From positions 72,947 to 136,946 of the forward strand of contig PXRU01000003.1 in the NCBI GenBank assembly GCA_003020945.1: 64,000 nucleotides of DNA, in the 5' to 3' direction. This DNA comes from Halobacteriales archaeon QS_6_71_20. Lineage in GTDB: Archaea; Halobacteriota; Halobacteria; Halobacteriales; Haloferacaceae. Below are positions 10,096-19,253 of this stretch, piece by piece. Both the position numbers and the translations under genes were made by a program. The notes beneath the pieces were generated by a model. That model saw nothing but the letters and a program-made list of their open reading frames with translations. It searched no databases and had not been told where the DNA came from. Within the stretch, counting starts at the first letter, position 1, and the number at the start of each line of letters is the position of its first letter.

Positions 10096-10929
10096 ATGCG
10101 CCGCTTCACCGCCGACTACCTCGACCGCACGCGCCGCGGGATGTGGGAGAGCCGGGAGGCGCTGTCCCCCCTTGACCTCCCCGGCAGAACCCGGGTCCTC
10201 GACGTGGGCTGTGGCACCGGCGAGCTCACCCGCGTGCTCGCCGAGGAGGCGCCGGCGGCGACTGTGGTGGGCGTCGACGCCGACCGCGAGCTGCTGGGAG
10301 CCGCCCGCGACGCCGACCCCGGCTCCGAGCACGGGGCCGCCTCGACCATCGACTACTGCGCCGGCGACGCCACCCGGCTTCCGCTGCCCGACGGCGCCGT
10401 CGACCTCGTCGTCTGTCAGGCGCTGCTCGTCAACCTCCCCGACCCCGGCGCGGCCGTCCGGGAGTTCGCCCGCGTCTCCTCGGAGCTGGTCGCCGCCGTC
10501 GAACCCGACAACGCCGACGTGACGGTGCGCTCGACCGTCGACAGCGAGGCCGCTCTCGAGGCCCGCGTCCGCGAGGCGTACATCGCGGGCGTCGGCACCG
10601 ACGTGGCGCCGGGCGACCGCGTCGGGGAGCTGTTCGGCGAGGCGGGACTATCGGGCGTCGAGTCGCGGCGCTACCGCCACGAGAAGCGGGTCGAGCCGCC
10701 GTACTCGGAGGCGGACCTCCGCGGGATCGCACGCAAGGCGAGCGGCGCCGGCCTCGCCGACCACGAGACGGAGCTTCGGCGCGAACTCGACGACGCCGGG
10801 GACGACGGCTACGACGCCCTCCGGAGCCGCTGGCGCGAGATGGGTCGGGTGGCCGCCCGGCAGGCGGCCGACCGCGAGTACGAGCGCGTCGAGACGGTGC
10901 CGTTCGACGTGACCGTCGGACGGGTGTAG
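10096..10929 (+). CDS. Class I SAM-dependent methyltransferase
   Basis: VLDVGCGTG motif I, GVDAD, GDATRLP. Confidence 0.92.
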   Translation: MRRFTADYLDRTRRGMWESREALSPLDLPGRTRVLDVGCGTGELTRVLAEEAPAATVVGVDADRELLGAARDADPGSEHGAASTIDYCAGDATRLPLPDGAVDLVVCQALLVNLPDPGAAVREFARVSSELVAAVEPDNADVTVRSTVDSEAALEARVREAYIAGVGTDVAPGDRVGELFGEAGLSGVESRRYRHEKRVEPPYSEADLRGIARKASGAGLADHETELRRELDDAGDDGYDALRSRWREMGRVAARQAADREYERVETVPFDVTVGRV

Positions 10930-10970
10930 CCGGCGGGCCGTCGCCCCTTCCACGCCCGCGACCGGGTCCG

Positions 10971-11618
10971 TCAGACCACGTCGCCGCGGACCGTCGCGCC
11001 CTCCTGTCGCTGTCGGGCGGCTGACATCGCGTCCGCCACGGCTTCGGCCTCCCCCTCGTCGGCGCCGAGCATCTCCAGCGCCTCCGACAGCGTCGGGAAC
11101 GGGAGCTCCCCGCCGCGCAGCTTCGCCATCGTCTCCGTGGCGCGGCGCCCCTCCGCGTACAGCTGTACCCCGCGCGGGTCGAGCACCTGCTCGCGGACGC
11201 CGCGGTCCAGCGCCGCCGTCAGCCGCTGTCTGACGTTGGCGTCGAACGGCGCGTTACATACCTCCAGGTGGACCGGCTCGTCGTCGGGGAGGAGCTGTGC
11301 CGCGAGGCACCGCTCGGGGGCGGCGTGGCCCGCGTCGTTCGCGCGCAGCAGTTCGGGGTGCTCGCGGGCCCACTCCGCCGACACCGACCGTCCGACGCCC
11401 CTCACGCCGTGGGAGCGCTCGAACGCCTCGGCGGCGTCGGGGTCGTCGCTCCGCATGAGCAGGTCCTTCGTCACGTACACGTCGAGGCGGTCGACGGGGT
11501 CGAGCCCGAGCGCCGCGTCGCCGTACACCCACACCTCGCGGACCGGGACCGGCATCGGCCCCTCGTCGACGGCGTCGATGATCGCCTCCACGCGGTCGAG
11601 GGCCGCCTCGCGCTCCAT
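10971..11618 (-). CDS. Conserved haloarchaeal hypothetical protein with a degenerate nucleotidyltransferase-like N-terminus
   Basis: MEREAALDRVEAII...VREVWVYGD...RLDVYV. Confidence 0.75.
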   Translation of the reverse strand: MEREAALDRVEAIIDAVDEGPMPVPVREVWVYGDAALGLDPVDRLDVYVTKDLLMRSDDPDAAEAFERSHGVRGVGRSVSAEWAREHPELLRANDAGHAAPERCLAAQLLPDDEPVHLEVCNAPFDANVRQRLTAALDRGVREQVLDPRGVQLYAEGRRATETMAKLRGGELPFPTLSEALEMLGADEGEAEAVADAMSAARQRQEGATVRGDVV

Positions 11619-11768
11619 ACCCTTCGTTCGGCGCGGGAGCGTGATGCGTCTTACGCGTCGCCGCGGTCCGCCCGTGCTCGGGAGCGACCCCCGTAGCGAC
11701 ATCCCGTTTCGTGTTCCTCGAAGGGGCGCGCCACAACACTCAACTCCGTCCTTGTCGTACGCTGTCAT

Positions 11769-11903
11769 ATGCCACACTGTCCGCACTGCGAGTCGGACCT
11801 CTCGGAGTGGGCCGACACGCTGCGCCGCGCGCCGGAGACGAACGCCCCGCAGGTGTGGACCTGTCCGGACTGCGACGCGGTCATCGGCATCTCCGCCGGC
11901 TGA
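11769..11903 (+). CDS. Small CPxCG-related zinc-finger protein (44 aa, absent from the ORF track)
   Basis: Translated by hand: MPHCPHCESDLSEWADTLRRAPETNAPQVWTCPDCDAVIGISAG*. Confidence 0.8.
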   Translation: MPHCPHCESDLSEWADTLRRAPETNAPQVWTCPDCDAVIGISAG

Positions 11904-11966
11904 CCGCCGCGTCGGCGACACGGCGGGTCGAAACCGGTATGCCCGGCCGCGTGCAAGCCGGCGACG

Positions 11967-12935
11967 ATGGACTGCGACAGGTGCGGCGCCGACGCGGTGA
12001 TGCACGCCGCCTACTCCGGGGCGCATCTCTGTGACGCCCACTTCCGGGAGTCGGTCGAGCGTCGCGTCCGCCGGCGCGTCCGCGAGGACGACCTCCTCGC
12101 CGACGACGCGACGCCCGACGACCCCGACCGGTGGGTGATCGGTCTCTCCGGCGGGAAAGACAGCGTCGTCCTCGCGACGATCCTCCGGGAGACGTTCGCC
12201 GACGACCCCCGCGTGGAGCTCGTCGCCCTCTCGATCCACGAGGGGATCGAGGGGTACCGCGACGAGTCGCTTTCCGCCTGCGAGGAGCTGACCGCCGACC
12301 TCGGCGTGCGCCATGAGACGGTGAGCTACGCCGAGGAGCTGGGCGTCCGCATGGACGAGGTGGCCGAGGACGACCCCGAGAACATGGCGCCGTGTGCCTA
12401 CTGCGGGGTGTTCCGCCGGGACCTACTGGAGACGCACGCCGAGGCGCTCGACGCCGACAAGCTCCTCACCGGCCACAACCTCGACGACGAGGCCCAGACC
12501 GCGCTCATGAACTTCCTGGAGGGGGACGTCGCCCGGATGGCGAGGCAGTTCGACGCCTCGCTGGGCCCGTTCGACCGGCGTCGCGAGACCGACCGCTTCG
12601 TCCCGCGGGCGAAGCCGCTGCGGGACGTCCCCGAGAAGGAGGTCGCGCTGTACTGCCACCTCCGGGGTCTCCCCTCCCACACGGCGGAGTGTCCCCACGC
12701 CAGCGAGGCGTACCGGAGGGAGCTCCGGGATCTCCTCTTGAAACTGGAGGAGCGTCACCCCGGCGTCCGACACTCGATCATGGCGGGCTACGAGGAGCTG
12801 TCGGGCGTGCTCGCCGGCGAGTACCGCGACGGCGGCGACGAGCCCGACCTCTCGCCGTGTGAGAACTGCGGGTCGGAGTCCGCCCGCGACGTCTGCCGGA
12901 AGTGCGAACTGCTCGACGCGATCGAGGCGGCGTGA
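11967..12935 (+). CDS. ncsA: tRNA 2-thiolation protein NcsA
   Basis: N- and C-terminal Zn fingers, SGGKDS PP-loop, CAYCGVFRR, TGHNLDD. Confidence 0.95.
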   Translation: MDCDRCGADAVMHAAYSGAHLCDAHFRESVERRVRRRVREDDLLADDATPDDPDRWVIGLSGGKDSVVLATILRETFADDPRVELVALSIHEGIEGYRDESLSACEELTADLGVRHETVSYAEELGVRMDEVAEDDPENMAPCAYCGVFRRDLLETHAEALDADKLLTGHNLDDEAQTALMNFLEGDVARMARQFDASLGPFDRRRETDRFVPRAKPLRDVPEKEVALYCHLRGLPSHTAECPHASEAYRRELRDLLLKLEERHPGVRHSIMAGYEELSGVLAGEYRDGGDEPDLSPCENCGSESARDVCRKCELLDAIEAA

Positions 12936-13067
12936 CCGGCGGGCCGTCGACGGCGTGTCCGTCGTCTCAGCGACGCTTCGGCGCGTAAACGGCCGTTCCG
13001 GTGCGGTGACGTCGCTCGCCGGTCGAAAACGGAGAGAACTGTCGGCGTCGGTCGACGACCGTCGGCG

Positions 13068-14273
13068 TCAGCGGATGACGTCGAGGCCGTTGTTGCGCTC
13101 GCTCGTCCGCTCGCGCCCGCCGTCGGACTGCCAGGCGCCCTCCTGGCCGCCGCTGGCGGCCGCTTCCGCGTTGGCCTTCGCGTCGAAGTCCACATCGGAG
13201 GCGCTCGCGCCCTCGATGGACTGGCGGGATTTGTCGGCCTGCTTCTGCGTGCTCGGGCCGAGCACCTGCGCGCTCTGGACGCCCGTCATGATCGCCATGA
13301 CGCGCACCTTCCCCTTGTACTCCTCCTGGATCCGCGCGCCCCAGATGACGTTGGCGCTTGCCTCCAGCCGCTCGGTGATGTTGTCGGCGATCCCCTCGGC
13401 CTCCTTCAGCGTGAGGTCGGGGCCGCCGGTGATGTGGACGAGTCCGCCCGACGCGCCGCGGTAGTCCACGTCCAGCAGCGGGTGGTTCATCGCGTCGTTG
13501 ACCACCTCCCGGGTCTTGTTCTTGTCCTGGGTCTCGCCGACGAGCATCACCGCGACGCCGCCCTGGTTCATGATCGTGGACATGTCCGCGTAGTCCAGGT
13601 TGATGAGCGACGGCTGGGTGATGGTCTCGGAGATGCCCTTCACCGTCTCGGCGATGATCTGGTCCATCACCGAGAACGCCTTCCCGATCGGGAGGTTCGG
13701 GACGTAATCGAGGAGCCGATTGTTGTCGAGGACGATGATCGAGTCGGCCTCGTTGCGAAGGGACTCAAGCCCCTCCTCGGCCTTGACCGTGCGGGCGCGC
13801 TCGACGTTGAACGGCGTCGACACCATGCCGACGACGATCGCGCCCTGCTCTTTGGCGATCTTCGAGACGACCGGCGCCGCGCCGGTGCCCGTCCCGCCGC
13901 CCATGCCGGCGGTCACGAACACGAGGTCCGCGTCGCCGAGCACCTCCTTGATCGTTCCCTGGGCCATCTCGGTGGCGCGCTCGCCCATGCTGGGGTCGCC
14001 GCCGGCGCCGAGCCCCTGGGTCAGCGACTTGCCGACGAGGATCTTCGTGTCGGCCTCGATCATCTTGAGGTGCTGTTTGTCCGTGTTGATGGCGACGGTG
14101 TCCGCGCCGTCGACGCCGATGTTGTACAGTCGGTTGATGGTGTTGTTGCCCGCGCCGCCCGCGCCGACGATGACGATCCGGGGCTCCCCGAACTCGTCGT
14201 CGTCGTCCATCGCCGACATGTCGCGCTGCTCGGCCTCCGCGTTCGCCAGGGCGTCCTGAACGATGTCCTGCAT
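13068..14273 (-). CDS. ftsZ2: Cell division protein FtsZ2
   Basis: [17 protein letters not shown] tubulin signature, NLDYAD; lies downstream of cdrS. Confidence 0.97.
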   Translation of the reverse strand: MQDIVQDALANAEAEQRDMSAMDDDDEFGEPRIVIVGAGGAGNNTINRLYNIGVDGADTVAINTDKQHLKMIEADTKILVGKSLTQGLGAGGDPSMGERATEMAQGTIKEVLGDADLVFVTAGMGGGTGTGAAPVVSKIAKEQGAIVVGMVSTPFNVERARTVKAEEGLESLRNEADSIIVLDNNRLLDYVPNLPIGKAFSVMDQIIAETVKGISETITQPSLINLDYADMSTIMNQGGVAVMLVGETQDKNKTREVVNDAMNHPLLDVDYRGASGGLVHITGGPDLTLKEAEGIADNITERLEASANVIWGARIQEEYKGKVRVMAIMTGVQSAQVLGPSTQKQADKSRQSIEGASASDVDFDAKANAEAAASGGQEGAWQSDGGRERTSERNNGLDVIR

Positions 14274-14278
14274 CGCGA

Positions 14279-14467
14279 TTACACCTTGGCCCAGCTGCGC
14301 TTGCTCCGGTCGCCCCGTCCGCGCTCACCGGACTCGGCCTGCTCGTTGAGCATGTCGCGGACGGCCGAGCGGATCGCCTCGCTGCGGTTCGGGAACTCCC
14401 CCGTCTCGACCATCTGTTCGACCTCCTCGATCTGCTGTTTCGGTATCCGTAGTGTCACACGCTCCAT
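14279..14467 (-). CDS. cdrS: Ribbon-helix-helix regulator CdrS
   Basis: [37 protein letters not shown]...WAKV, directly upstream of ftsZ2. Confidence 0.93.
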   Translation of the reverse strand: MERVTLRIPKQQIEEVEQMVETGEFPNRSEAIRSAVRDMLNEQAESGERGRGDRSKRSWAKV

Positions 14468-14482
14468 TTGTACATTCCCCCG

Positions 14483-14679
14483 GTAAGACGACAGCACGCG
14501 GGTGCGTGCCCTCACGGGCCGTCCCCGGGGTTTCCCCGCCCCGAGGCGGCCTGTAAGACGAGCCGTCTTACGCACCAGTACCAATATGTGCGTTGTATAT
14601 AAAACTACCGCCGGTTGTATGACAGGTGCGTCCGGCTTGTCTTACAGAGCACCGACGCGCGTCGCCGGCGGCGTCTTAC
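14483..14679. promoter_or_regulatory. cdrS promoter region with TATA box and clustered GTAAGAC/GTCTTAC boxes
   Basis: TTTTATATA on minus at 14596-14604; motif at 14483, 14553, 14565, 14639, 14673. Confidence 0.65.
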
Positions 14680-15290
14680 CGCCCCTCGAGTACGTCGGCC
14701 GCGGGCGTCCGCCGGCCACAGCCCGGGCAAAAGCCCCAGTCGGAGCGCAGTTCGTCGCCGCACTCACAGAACAGCCGACGGCTCGCCTTCTCGCCGCAGT
14801 TGGGACAGTACACGTGGTCCTCGGAGACCCCCTCCCCGCACTGCACGCAGGCCGTCGCCCCCGTGTCGGACGCGCCGCCGGCACCGGACGCGTCCGACGC
14901 CGACGGATCGACGGACCGCGAGGTGTCGGACGCCCCCTCCTCGACGGCGGCGTCGCCGGTCCCGTCGACGCTGACGGTGAGGTTCACCTCGGGCGTCGCG
15001 GCGGGCGCGCCGAACGGTCGCGCCCCCTCGCGGCCGTGACGGGGACCGAGCGCCTCGTCCAGCCGCGCCGCCACCAGTTCGTCGACCCGGGCCGCGAGCG
15101 CGTCGTCGAGTGCGGAGCCACGCCCGGCGTCGCCGTCGGACGGCTCCGCGCCGTCGTCGGGAGCGGCCGACCGCTCCGCCCCGTCGAGGTAGCTGCGGAG
15201 CGCCTCCCGCATGACCTCGCTTTTCGACGCCTCGAACCCTTCGAGGCGGTCGACGAGGTCCGCGTCCGCGCGGAAGGTGATCTTGCTCAT
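14676..15290 (-). CDS. cdrL: RHH plus double zinc-ribbon regulator CdrL
   Basis: MSKITFRADADLV RHH; C-terminal CVQC..CPNCG..CECG..CPGCG; upstream of cdrS-ftsZ2. Confidence 0.88.
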   Translation of the reverse strand: MSKITFRADADLVDRLEGFEASKSEVMREALRSYLDGAERSAAPDDGAEPSDGDAGRGSALDDALAARVDELVAARLDEALGPRHGREGARPFGAPAATPEVNLTVSVDGTGDAAVEEGASDTSRSVDPSASDASGAGGASDTGATACVQCGEGVSEDHVYCPNCGEKASRRLFCECGDELRSDWGFCPGCGRRTPAADVLEGR

Positions 15291-15455
15291 GGCTGCCACG
15301 TATTCACACCGTACACATCAATCTGTCCCAACGTCTGGAGGAGGAGAGACGGCGCCGGTGTCTTACACGCCGCCGCGAGGCCCCGCGAACCGTCGGGGGT
15401 ACCGTCCCGAGGCACGATCACAGTCGTCATACGCGCGCCGGCCGACGTGGGACAC

Positions 15456-16442
15456 ATGCAGCACCGCGAACTCGGCGGCGTCGGCGAGGTGACGGCGGTC
15501 GGGCTCGGCACGTGGAACATCGGCGGCGACTGGGGCGACGTCTCGGACGAGGAGGGCCGCGAGGCCGTCCGGACGGCGCTGGACGCCGGCGTCGACTTTA
15601 TCGACACCGCCGACGTGTACGGCGACGGGCGCAGCGAGCGCCACGTCGGACACGTGCTCGACGAGCGCGACGCCCACGACGCGGTGACGGTCGCGACGAA
15701 GGCCGGACGCCGGCTCGACCCCCACGCCGCCGACGGCTACACCGCCGAGAACCTGGAGCGGTTCGTCGACCGCTCCCGGGAGAACCTCGGCGAGGACACC
15801 CTCGATCTGCTCCAGCTTCACTGCCCCCCGACTGACGTGTACTACGACCGGAGCGTCTTCGACACGTTCGCGGACCTGCGCGCACGCGAGAAGATAGCGA
15901 ACTACGGCGTCAGCGTCGAGCGCGTCGAGGAGGGGCTGAAGGCGATCGAGTACCCCGGCGTCGAGACGGTCCAGATCGTGTTCAACCCGCTCCGCCAGCG
16001 CCCGGCGGAGCTGTTCCTCGAGGAGGCCGCCCGCCGCGACGTGGGCGTCGTCGTTCGCGTGCCGCTCGCCTCGGGGCTGTTGATCGGGACGATCGACCGC
16101 GACACGGAGTTCCCGGAGAACGACCACCGCAACTTCAACCGCGACGGCGAGGCGTTCGACGTGGGCGAGACGTTCGCCGGCGTCCCTCTCGGCGCCGGCG
16201 TCGACGCCGTCGAGGCGCTGGAGCCGCACGTCCCGGAGGGGATGAGCCTCGCGCAGTTCACGCTCCGGTGGATCCTCGACTTCGACGCCGTCTCGACGGT
16301 CATCCCCGGGTCAACGACGCCCGACCACGTCGAGGACAACGTCGCCGCCGCGGAACTGGACCCGCTTTCCCACCGGCTCCACGGCGTCGTCCGCGACGTG
16401 TACGAGGACCACGTCGCCGAGCACGTCCACCACCACTGGTGA
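15456..16442 (+). CDS. Aldo/keto reductase
   Basis: GLGTW, FIDTADVYG, ATKAG, DLLQLH. Confidence 0.93.
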   Translation: MQHRELGGVGEVTAVGLGTWNIGGDWGDVSDEEGREAVRTALDAGVDFIDTADVYGDGRSERHVGHVLDERDAHDAVTVATKAGRRLDPHAADGYTAENLERFVDRSRENLGEDTLDLLQLHCPPTDVYYDRSVFDTFADLRAREKIANYGVSVERVEEGLKAIEYPGVETVQIVFNPLRQRPAELFLEEAARRDVGVVVRVPLASGLLIGTIDRDTEFPENDHRNFNRDGEAFDVGETFAGVPLGAGVDAVEALEPHVPEGMSLAQFTLRWILDFDAVSTVIPGSTTPDHVEDNVAAAELDPLSHRLHGVVRDVYEDHVAEHVHHHW

Positions 16443-17109
16443 ACGAGGCCGGAGCGACCTCCCTTCGAACGTGACTGTCGGGCTCGCGGACGCGGGGCCG
16501 GAGTGAGAACGACCGCGGTTCCTCGGCGTTGTCAGACAGGTCCCGTTCCGCTCGCTGCGGCGGCTCATACGTCGATATCAAGCTCCACGGCGACGGAGCC
16601 GTCGCCGATCGGACCCCGGTAGACAAACCGATACTGATCCACAGGAAGGTCGGGACAGTCATCTAGGACGTCGGCCGGGTCCGCTTCGGGGCGGACGTAT
16701 CCGTTTCCAGTGCCGAGACGCGCGAAGAGCCCTGCGAGACGGAGAGAGCCCGAGAGCAACGACCGATGATTCGTTGATCCACGACGGCTCGGCCGAGAAC
16801 GAGTCTCTTCCGGGGAACCACTCCGAGCCGGCGAGTCGGCTCCGGTCATCGCGGAGACCGGTACGAGGGAGCGTCTTCCGATGGGTCATCGGTCGGATCC
16901 GGTCGGAGCGCCGCTGTGAGCGTGGAACGGTCCTCGGTGCCGAGTGTGGTCGAGAGCGACTCCGCGAACGAGGGCGTTCCAGCGTGTTCGGATCAGTAGG
17001 AAGAGGTATTTTGTATCGCGATATGGGATTTACGACGTGCACTACGGCGTCCGAGACGCCCCGGACACCGGTTCCCCACGCTTTTGCTCGCCGCCCCGCA
17101 CCCGCACGC

Positions 17110-18294
17110 ATGGCGACGAGACTCCCCGACTCCGAGTACGACGCGCGACTCGCGGAGGTGCGCGGACGGCTCGCGGACGCCGACGCGGCGGCGGCGACGT
17201 TCTTCGACGCGACGAGCATCGAGTACCTCTCGAGCTTCCACCACATCCAGACCGAGCGGCCGGTCGTCCTCGCGGTCACCCCGGACCGCATGGAGATCAC
17301 GGTGCCCCGGCTCGAAGTGGAGCGCGTGGCGTCGAACCCCCGGATCGATGCGGTCCATAGCTACTTCGATTACCCGCAGGGGAAGTCGATCGAGACCGCC
17401 GCGGAGATGCTGGCCGGAATGGGCGTCGAGTCGGTCGTCTCCGACGCCGACGGCGCCCCCGGAGTGATGGGCTACGAGGGCCCCGCGCTCTCGGAGTTCG
17501 TCGCGGTGGAGCATCAGTCGTGGGTCGACCGGATGCGCTGGGAGAAGACAGACGGCGAGGTCGCCCTCGTGCGGGAGTCGGCGAAGTGGGCGAACCTCGG
17601 GCACCGGTATCTCGCCGAGCACACCGAGGTCGGCGCCCACCCGGTCACCGTGAGCCAGCGGGCCAGCATGGAGGCGTCCCGTGCGATGCTGGACGCGCTC
17701 GGCGACCGCTATGCGGTGCGGACGCGGGGTGGCGGCCCCGTCCACGCGGGCTACATTTCGGGCGAGGAGACCGCCCTCCCGCACGGCCACACCCCCAACG
17801 AGCGCCTCTCCGAGGGCGACGTGTTGATCACCGGCGCGTCGGCGAACGTCGACGGCTACCGCTCGGAACTGGAGCGGACGATGTTCGTCGGCGAGCCCGG
17901 CGACGAGCAGGTCCACTACTTCGAGCTGATGGTGGAGGCCCAGGACATCGCGATCGACGCGCTCGGCCCCGGCGTCTCCATCGCCGCCGTCGACGAGGCG
18001 GTTCACGACTACTTCCGCGAGCAGGGGATCGAGGAGTACGCCCGGCACCACGTGGGCCATAACATCGGCCTCGGGGGCCACGAGCCGCCGTACATCGACC
18101 GCGGCTGGGACGAGTACGACTATGTCGACGACGGGGACGAGACGATGGCGCCCGGGCAGATCTACACCATCGAGCCGGGGATCTACACCGGGGAGTACGG
18201 CTACCGCCACTCCGACACGGTCGCGATCACCGAGGACGGCATCGAATGGCTGACGTTCTTCCCCCAGGACCTGGAGTCGAATATCATCCGGTAG
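17110..18294 (+). CDS. M24 family Xaa-Pro aminopeptidase/dipeptidase
   Basis: Creatinase-like N-domain; HHVGHNIGLGGHE, TIEPGIY, RHSDT. Confidence 0.92.
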   Translation: MATRLPDSEYDARLAEVRGRLADADAAAATFFDATSIEYLSSFHHIQTERPVVLAVTPDRMEITVPRLEVERVASNPRIDAVHSYFDYPQGKSIETAAEMLAGMGVESVVSDADGAPGVMGYEGPALSEFVAVEHQSWVDRMRWEKTDGEVALVRESAKWANLGHRYLAEHTEVGAHPVTVSQRASMEASRAMLDALGDRYAVRTRGGGPVHAGYISGEETALPHGHTPNERLSEGDVLITGASANVDGYRSELERTMFVGEPGDEQVHYFELMVEAQDIAIDALGPGVSIAAVDEAVHDYFREQGIEEYARHHVGHNIGLGGHEPPYIDRGWDEYDYVDDGDETMAPGQIYTIEPGIYTGEYGYRHSDTVAITEDGIEWLTFFPQDLESNIIR

Positions 18295-18569
18295 GCGCGA
18301 CCGACGCTCCCCGTCTCCGACCGCGCCGACGGCCGTATCTCGCTACGCGCCGCTCCCGAGCGGCGCCCCGACGACCGCGTTGTGCGACGAATCGCCCGCA
18401 TCGCTGCCGTTCGACGCCGGATCGACGACAGGGGAGCGGCCGCCCCTCGAACAGTCATAAATCACATGCTGCGATAGCGAACCGGTGTCCGCGTCGGTCC
18501 AGGCGTAAGCCGGCCGGCGGGGACGGCTCGGCCCGGAGCCTTTTGTCGCCGCGGCGACCACGAGCGGCC

Positions 18570-19202
18570 GTGATAGCCGTCTCGTTCGACCTGTTCGGCA
18601 CGCTCGTCGAGGTCGACCGCGTCGACGACCCCGCCGACGCCGTCGCCGGGGAGCTTCGGCGCCGCGGCGTCGACGTGCCCGACGACTGGGCGGACGCTTA
18701 CCGCGAGCCGCACGTCGACGCGCCCGCCGGCGCGGAGGTCCCGCTTCCGGCCCACGTCAGCCGGGCGCTCGCCTCCTGCGGCGTCGACGCCCCCGGGAAC
18801 GCCGCCCGGCGTGCCGTCGTCTCGGCGTTCGACCCCGACGTTCGGACGCGCGAGGGCGCCGTCGACGCCGTCGCCGGCGCCCGGGATCGCGGGCCAGTCG
18901 GCCTGCTGTCGAACTGCGCGGTGCCGGAGCTGGTCGGGCGGACGCTCGTCCGCTCGGACCTCGCACGCGAGGACTTCGACGCCGTCGTCTCCAGCGTCGC
19001 CTGCGGGTGGCGCAAGCCCGACCGCCGGGCGTTCGAGCGGGTCGCCGACGCGCTCGGCGTCGCGGTCGGGAAGCTGGTGCACGTCGGCGACGACCCCAAG
19101 ACCGACGGCGGTGTGACCGACCATGGCGGTCGGTTCGTCGACGTGGCCGAGGAGTCGCTGGCGAAGTTGGCGGCGACATGGCGCGGCGAGAACGGCGTGT
19201 AG
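18570..19202 (+). CDS. HAD-family hydrolase
   Basis: SFDLFGTL motif I, LLSN, RKPD, HVGDD; GTG start inferred. Confidence 0.88.
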   Translation: MIAVSFDLFGTLVEVDRVDDPADAVAGELRRRGVDVPDDWADAYREPHVDAPAGAEVPLPAHVSRALASCGVDAPGNAARRAVVSAFDPDVRTREGAVDAVAGARDRGPVGLLSNCAVPELVGRTLVRSDLAREDFDAVVSSVACGWRKPDRRAFERVADALGVAVGKLVHVGDDPKTDGGVTDHGGRFVDVAEESLAKLAATWRGENGV

Positions 19203-19253
19203 CCGAGGAGAACGGAGCACCACGGCAGTCCGGAACCGAAGCCGAGAGCCGCA

